DNA of 62,968 bases, counting the filler. It is 3 parts of 3 records of this genome, joined end to end, with 100 filler letters (N's around TTAATTAATTAA, not from the genome) between each part and the next. Parts side by side here need not be neighbours in the genome. Positions count along the whole stretch, not along the records: positions 49,762 to 62,968 come from DRR378314_77; 2 more parts are not named here. One strand, given 5' to 3'. Positions 59,849-62,968 of the stretch are shown here, piece by piece. The number at the start of each line of letters is the position of its first letter. Positions within the stretch are counted from its first letter, which is position 1. The notes under the pieces were generated by a model. It saw only the letters and a program-made list of their open reading frames with translations. It ran no database searches and was not told the origin of the DNA. The position numbers and the translations under genes were made by a program.

Positions 59849-60553
59849 ATGTTAAGTCCTTATTATCAGCAACATGCTGACTATGTCTCTATTTCTCGCG
59901 AGCAAGGTTGCCGCTTTGCTAAGTGTGTAGCTGATGATTACAACCCGCTTCATGATAAAGACGCAAAGAAATTTTGTGTACCCGGAGATCTATTGTTTTC
60001 GTTGGTATTAAGTAAGTATGGTATCAGTGAAAGAATGGAGTTCACCTTTGCAGGTATGGTGGATGAAAATTCAAAACTTCATTTCCCACCCGGAGCAAAT
60101 GAGTTTGATATTACAAGCGGTGAAAAAGTCATGCTTAAAGTTAAGCGTGAAGGGAAAACAAGCCAGTGTGAAACACTCACTAACAGTCTGATAAAAAATT
60201 ATGTAGAGTTTTCTGGCACTACGTTTCCACATGTCATCATTCCACTTATGGGTAAGCAAGATGTTATGATAAACCCGGCTAGGCCGATGGTTATTTATGA
60301 GTCTATGTTGATAAACCTCGATACATTGGATATCACAGCACCAACATTAGAATTTGCTGAACCTGATTTCGAATGTGCTGGTAAGCGAGGTAAAATAACC
60401 TTGCGATTTAATTTGCTTGAAAATGGCAGTAAGGTGGGATCAGGAGAAAAACATATGGTCGTATCAGGCATAAGAGAATATTGCCAAGCGACCGTTGACG
60501 ATTTGATTGCATTTTACAACGAGCGTAAAGAAACGCTTAAGCCCGTAGCTTAA
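59849..60553 (+). CDS. DUF3581-like protein
   Basis: FAK.VADDYNPLHD.DAKKFCVPGDLLF, YV.FSG..FP, MINPARPMVIYESM. Confidence 0.78.
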   Translation: MLSPYYQQHADYVSISREQGCRFAKCVADDYNPLHDKDAKKFCVPGDLLFSLVLSKYGISERMEFTFAGMVDENSKLHFPPGANEFDITSGEKVMLKVKREGKTSQCETLTNSLIKNYVEFSGTTFPHVIIPLMGKQDVMINPARPMVIYESMLINLDTLDITAPTLEFAEPDFECAGKRGKITLRFNLLENGSKVGSGEKHMVVSGIREYCQATVDDLIAFYNERKETLKPVA

Positions 60554-60578
60554 AACCGCAGTTATTTAAACATCTCTA

Positions 60579-60602
60579 AGAAGGCGCGTAAGCGCCTTTT
60601 TT
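60579..60602 (+). terminator. Intrinsic terminator
   Basis: AAGGCGC-GTAA-GCGCCTTTTTT with a GNRA loop. Confidence 0.85.
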
Positions 60603-60657
60603 GTTGCACGTTTTGCGCGTACAATAATGCTAATATTTGTCATTCCAAGTCTATCTT

Positions 60658-61902
60658 ATGTCTGCTGCAACCTTTACTGATCTTCATCTAGACCCTTTAT
60701 TACTCAAAAGCCTTGAGCTAACTGAATACCAAACTCCTACAGCAATTCAGCTACAAACAATCCCACTCATTTTGGCAGGTCATGATGTCATGGGAAGTGC
60801 GCAAACAGGTACCGGTAAAACAGCTGCCTTTGTATTGCCTTTATTACATAAATTAATCACAAGTGATAAAAAAGATGAGCAAGGCACTGTAAGAGTTTTA
60901 ATTTTAACGCCAACCCGAGAGCTTGCTCAGCAGGTATTTGCTAGTTTCGAAAAATATGCACAAGGCTGTGATATCAAAGGTGCCCTAGCATATGGCGGAG
61001 CCAGTATTGGCCCTCAAGTCAAAGCGATGAAAGAGGCGCAAGTGGTGGTTGCAACCCCTGGGCGGTTACTTGATCACATTATCAAAGGCAGCATTACATT
61101 ATCAAGCGTAGACTCGCTGGTATTTGACGAAGCTGATCGCATGCTAGATATGGGCTTTATTGACGAGATTAAACGTATTTTGCGCCATGTGCCACGTGAC
61201 CGTCAGACTTTATTATTTTCAGCCACCTTTGATGATAGCGTGTTTGAATTGAGTAAAAAGTTACTTCAGGACCCTAAGCTTGTTGAAGTTGATAAACGCA
61301 ACTCCGCTGCCGTAGAAGTGGAACAAGTGATTTATGCCGTTGATGAAGATCGTAAGCGAGAGCTGGTCTCCCACATGATAGGTATGAAAAACTGGCGCCA
61401 AGTACTTATTTTTACGCGTACAAAACAAATGGCAGACAAGTTAGCCAAAGAAATGTGTAAAGACGGGCTTAAAACGGAGTCTATCCACGGCGATAAATCA
61501 CAAGGTGCGCGTGATAGAGCACTACAAAACTTCAAAGAGGGGACCACTCGTGTGCTTGTTGCAACGGATGTTGCTGCGCGAGGATTAGATATTGTCTCAT
61601 TAAAGTATGTGATCAATTTCGAGCTCCCTTATATAGCTGAAGATTACGTTCACCGAATTGGTCGAACGGGCCGAGCGGGTGAGCAGGGCCTTGCAATGTC
61701 ATTAGTAAGTCTTGATGAGCAGTGGCTTCTTGAAGAGATTGAAGTCCTTTTAGATACTCGCCTAACGCCACAATGGCTGGCAGGCTATGAACCTGACCCA
61801 AACAAAAAGCCTAAAGATAACCGTAAAAATACGAATAAATCGCGAAAAGACCGTGATAAAAAACGAATTCTAGGTAAAAAAAGTTCAAACCGCCGCCGAT
61901 AA
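60658..61902 (+). CDS. DEAD-box RNA helicase (RhlE-like)
   Basis: Q motif PTAIQ, AQTGTGKT, PTRELA, TPGRL, DEAD, SAT, ARGLD, HRIGRTGR, basic tail. Confidence 0.95.
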   Translation: MSAATFTDLHLDPLLLKSLELTEYQTPTAIQLQTIPLILAGHDVMGSAQTGTGKTAAFVLPLLHKLITSDKKDEQGTVRVLILTPTRELAQQVFASFEKYAQGCDIKGALAYGGASIGPQVKAMKEAQVVVATPGRLLDHIIKGSITLSSVDSLVFDEADRMLDMGFIDEIKRILRHVPRDRQTLLFSATFDDSVFELSKKLLQDPKLVEVDKRNSAAVEVEQVIYAVDEDRKRELVSHMIGMKNWRQVLIFTRTKQMADKLAKEMCKDGLKTESIHGDKSQGARDRALQNFKEGTTRVLVATDVAARGLDIVSLKYVINFELPYIAEDYVHRIGRTGRAGEQGLAMSLVSLDEQWLLEEIEVLLDTRLTPQWLAGYEPDPNKKPKDNRKNTNKSRKDRDKKRILGKKSSNRRR

Positions 61903-61945
61903 GTCTTTTATACTTAATTTTAAGTAGTCAGCGCGGGTGCCCAGT

Positions 61946-62920
61946 ATGTTTAAAGCTAATCAGTGGATGTTCTCAGAAAAAGATAATCATATATCTTTAC
62001 AAAAGTGGCAGAAAACAGTCGATTTAATGACTGAGTTGTTTTCTGCTCCTGCGGGTTTTATTGTGCAGTCTGTTGATAAAGGTTATCGGGTAGTGATTGC
62101 CAGCGAACAGCAAGAAAACCCCTATGATGCAGGCACCTTTATACCCAATGATGTAAATATATTTTGTAAAAAGGTGGTCACAGACAATAGTGCGCTCTAT
62201 GAGAAGCATGCTAGCAAAGAAACGCATTGGCTTGATAACCCCGAAGTCGTTAAAGATGGTTTTGAGTCATACCTCGGTTTGCCCATCCATTGGCCCGATG
62301 GTGAGGTGTTTGGCACATTATGTGTAATGGATTTCGAACCGACAGATTATCAACGCAACTATTTAGAGTTAATCAAGCAACTAAGAGACATGGTCGAAGA
62401 TGACTTAGAGATGGTTAATAGTTTCGTGCAAATGCGTGAAATAGCCATGCTAGACCCGTTGACGAATATTTATAACCGCCGTGCATTGAGTTTACTGGCT
62501 CAACAAAAGATTAACTTGGCTAGGCGGTTGGGCTTTGATGTATGTTGCTTGTTCATAGACATTAATGACTTTAAAAAACTAAACGATCGTTTTGGTCATG
62601 AAGTGGGTGATAATGCACTTATTACATTGGCTGAAACATTGCGAATGCGTTTAAGGGATGCCGATATTATTGGCCGTTTAGGTGGTGACGAATTTATCGC
62701 GGTGATTCAGATTACCGACAAATCACTTATTGATAATGTGCTTAATAAAATATGCGACGGCTATAAAACGGCATTAGCTGAGAAAGACTTACCACGTTTA
62801 AGTTTAAGTATTGGCTATAGCTTTAGCTCTGTGCAAACAGAGCCCTTTGAGGTATTGCTAGATAAAGCAGATCAAGACATGTATAAAAACAAACAAGCAC
62901 TGAAACTCTCAAATGAGTGA
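61946..62920 (+). CDS. GAF-GGDEF diguanylate cyclase
   Basis: GAF motif YLGLPI.WPDGEVFGTLCVMD, DPLTNIYNRR, RDAD I-site, GGDEF. Alternative GTG start at 61937. Confidence 0.92.
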   Translation: MFKANQWMFSEKDNHISLQKWQKTVDLMTELFSAPAGFIVQSVDKGYRVVIASEQQENPYDAGTFIPNDVNIFCKKVVTDNSALYEKHASKETHWLDNPEVVKDGFESYLGLPIHWPDGEVFGTLCVMDFEPTDYQRNYLELIKQLRDMVEDDLEMVNSFVQMREIAMLDPLTNIYNRRALSLLAQQKINLARRLGFDVCCLFIDINDFKKLNDRFGHEVGDNALITLAETLRMRLRDADIIGRLGGDEFIAVIQITDKSLIDNVLNKICDGYKTALAEKDLPRLSLSIGYSFSSVQTEPFEVLLDKADQDMYKNKQALKLSNE

Positions 62921-62939
62921 GTAATGCTTGCTGCATTGT

Positions 62940-62968
62940 TAGGGTCTGTTGACCTTTCAAGGTTAAAT
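62940..62968. mobile_element. Opposite-type terminus of the MITE-like repeat
   Basis: TA-GGGTCTGTTGACCTTT then CAAGGTTAAAT: same terminal inverted repeat, different subterminal sequence. Confidence 0.78.

Overview
The window is three contigs joined by 100-nt N spacers carrying a TTAATTAATTAA linker (23177-23276, 49662-49761). Contig 1 (1-23176) is GC-richer and looks alphaproteobacterial. It encodes a Dpp/Opp-type ABC transporter, a DUF2946-SCO-PCuAC copper module, a low-GC acyltransferase, a DinG-like helicase, class I LysRS, an Xre/RES toxin-antitoxin pair, pyrD and a PuuR-like regulator divergent from an omega-amino acid transaminase plus ald. Contigs 2 and 3 are AT-rich and look like a marine gammaproteobacterium (Pseudoalteromonas-like; taxonomy is inference). 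They encode AbgT, astC-astA-astD-DUF1338, several c-di-GMP enzymes, a complete glycogen operon, a giant GlyGly-CTERM S8 protease, MipA/OmpV, an OmpR-family two-component pair, DUF3019, DUF3581 and a DEAD-box helicase. All four ends of contigs 2 and 3 are termini of one MITE-like repeat. The best candidates for an undescribed system are: (1) the S8 protease / MipA / DUF3019 / HK / RR cluster, whose three promoter regions each contain the 15-bp motif GTACA-WWWW-GCTACA; (2) a RAPP-ending, Cys-rich DUF2946 leader whose 3' end can pair with the Shine-Dalgarno region of sco, suggesting copper-responsive ribosome-stalling control. Family names come from motif recognition, not database searches. I noticed no rRNA, tRNA or CRISPR array.
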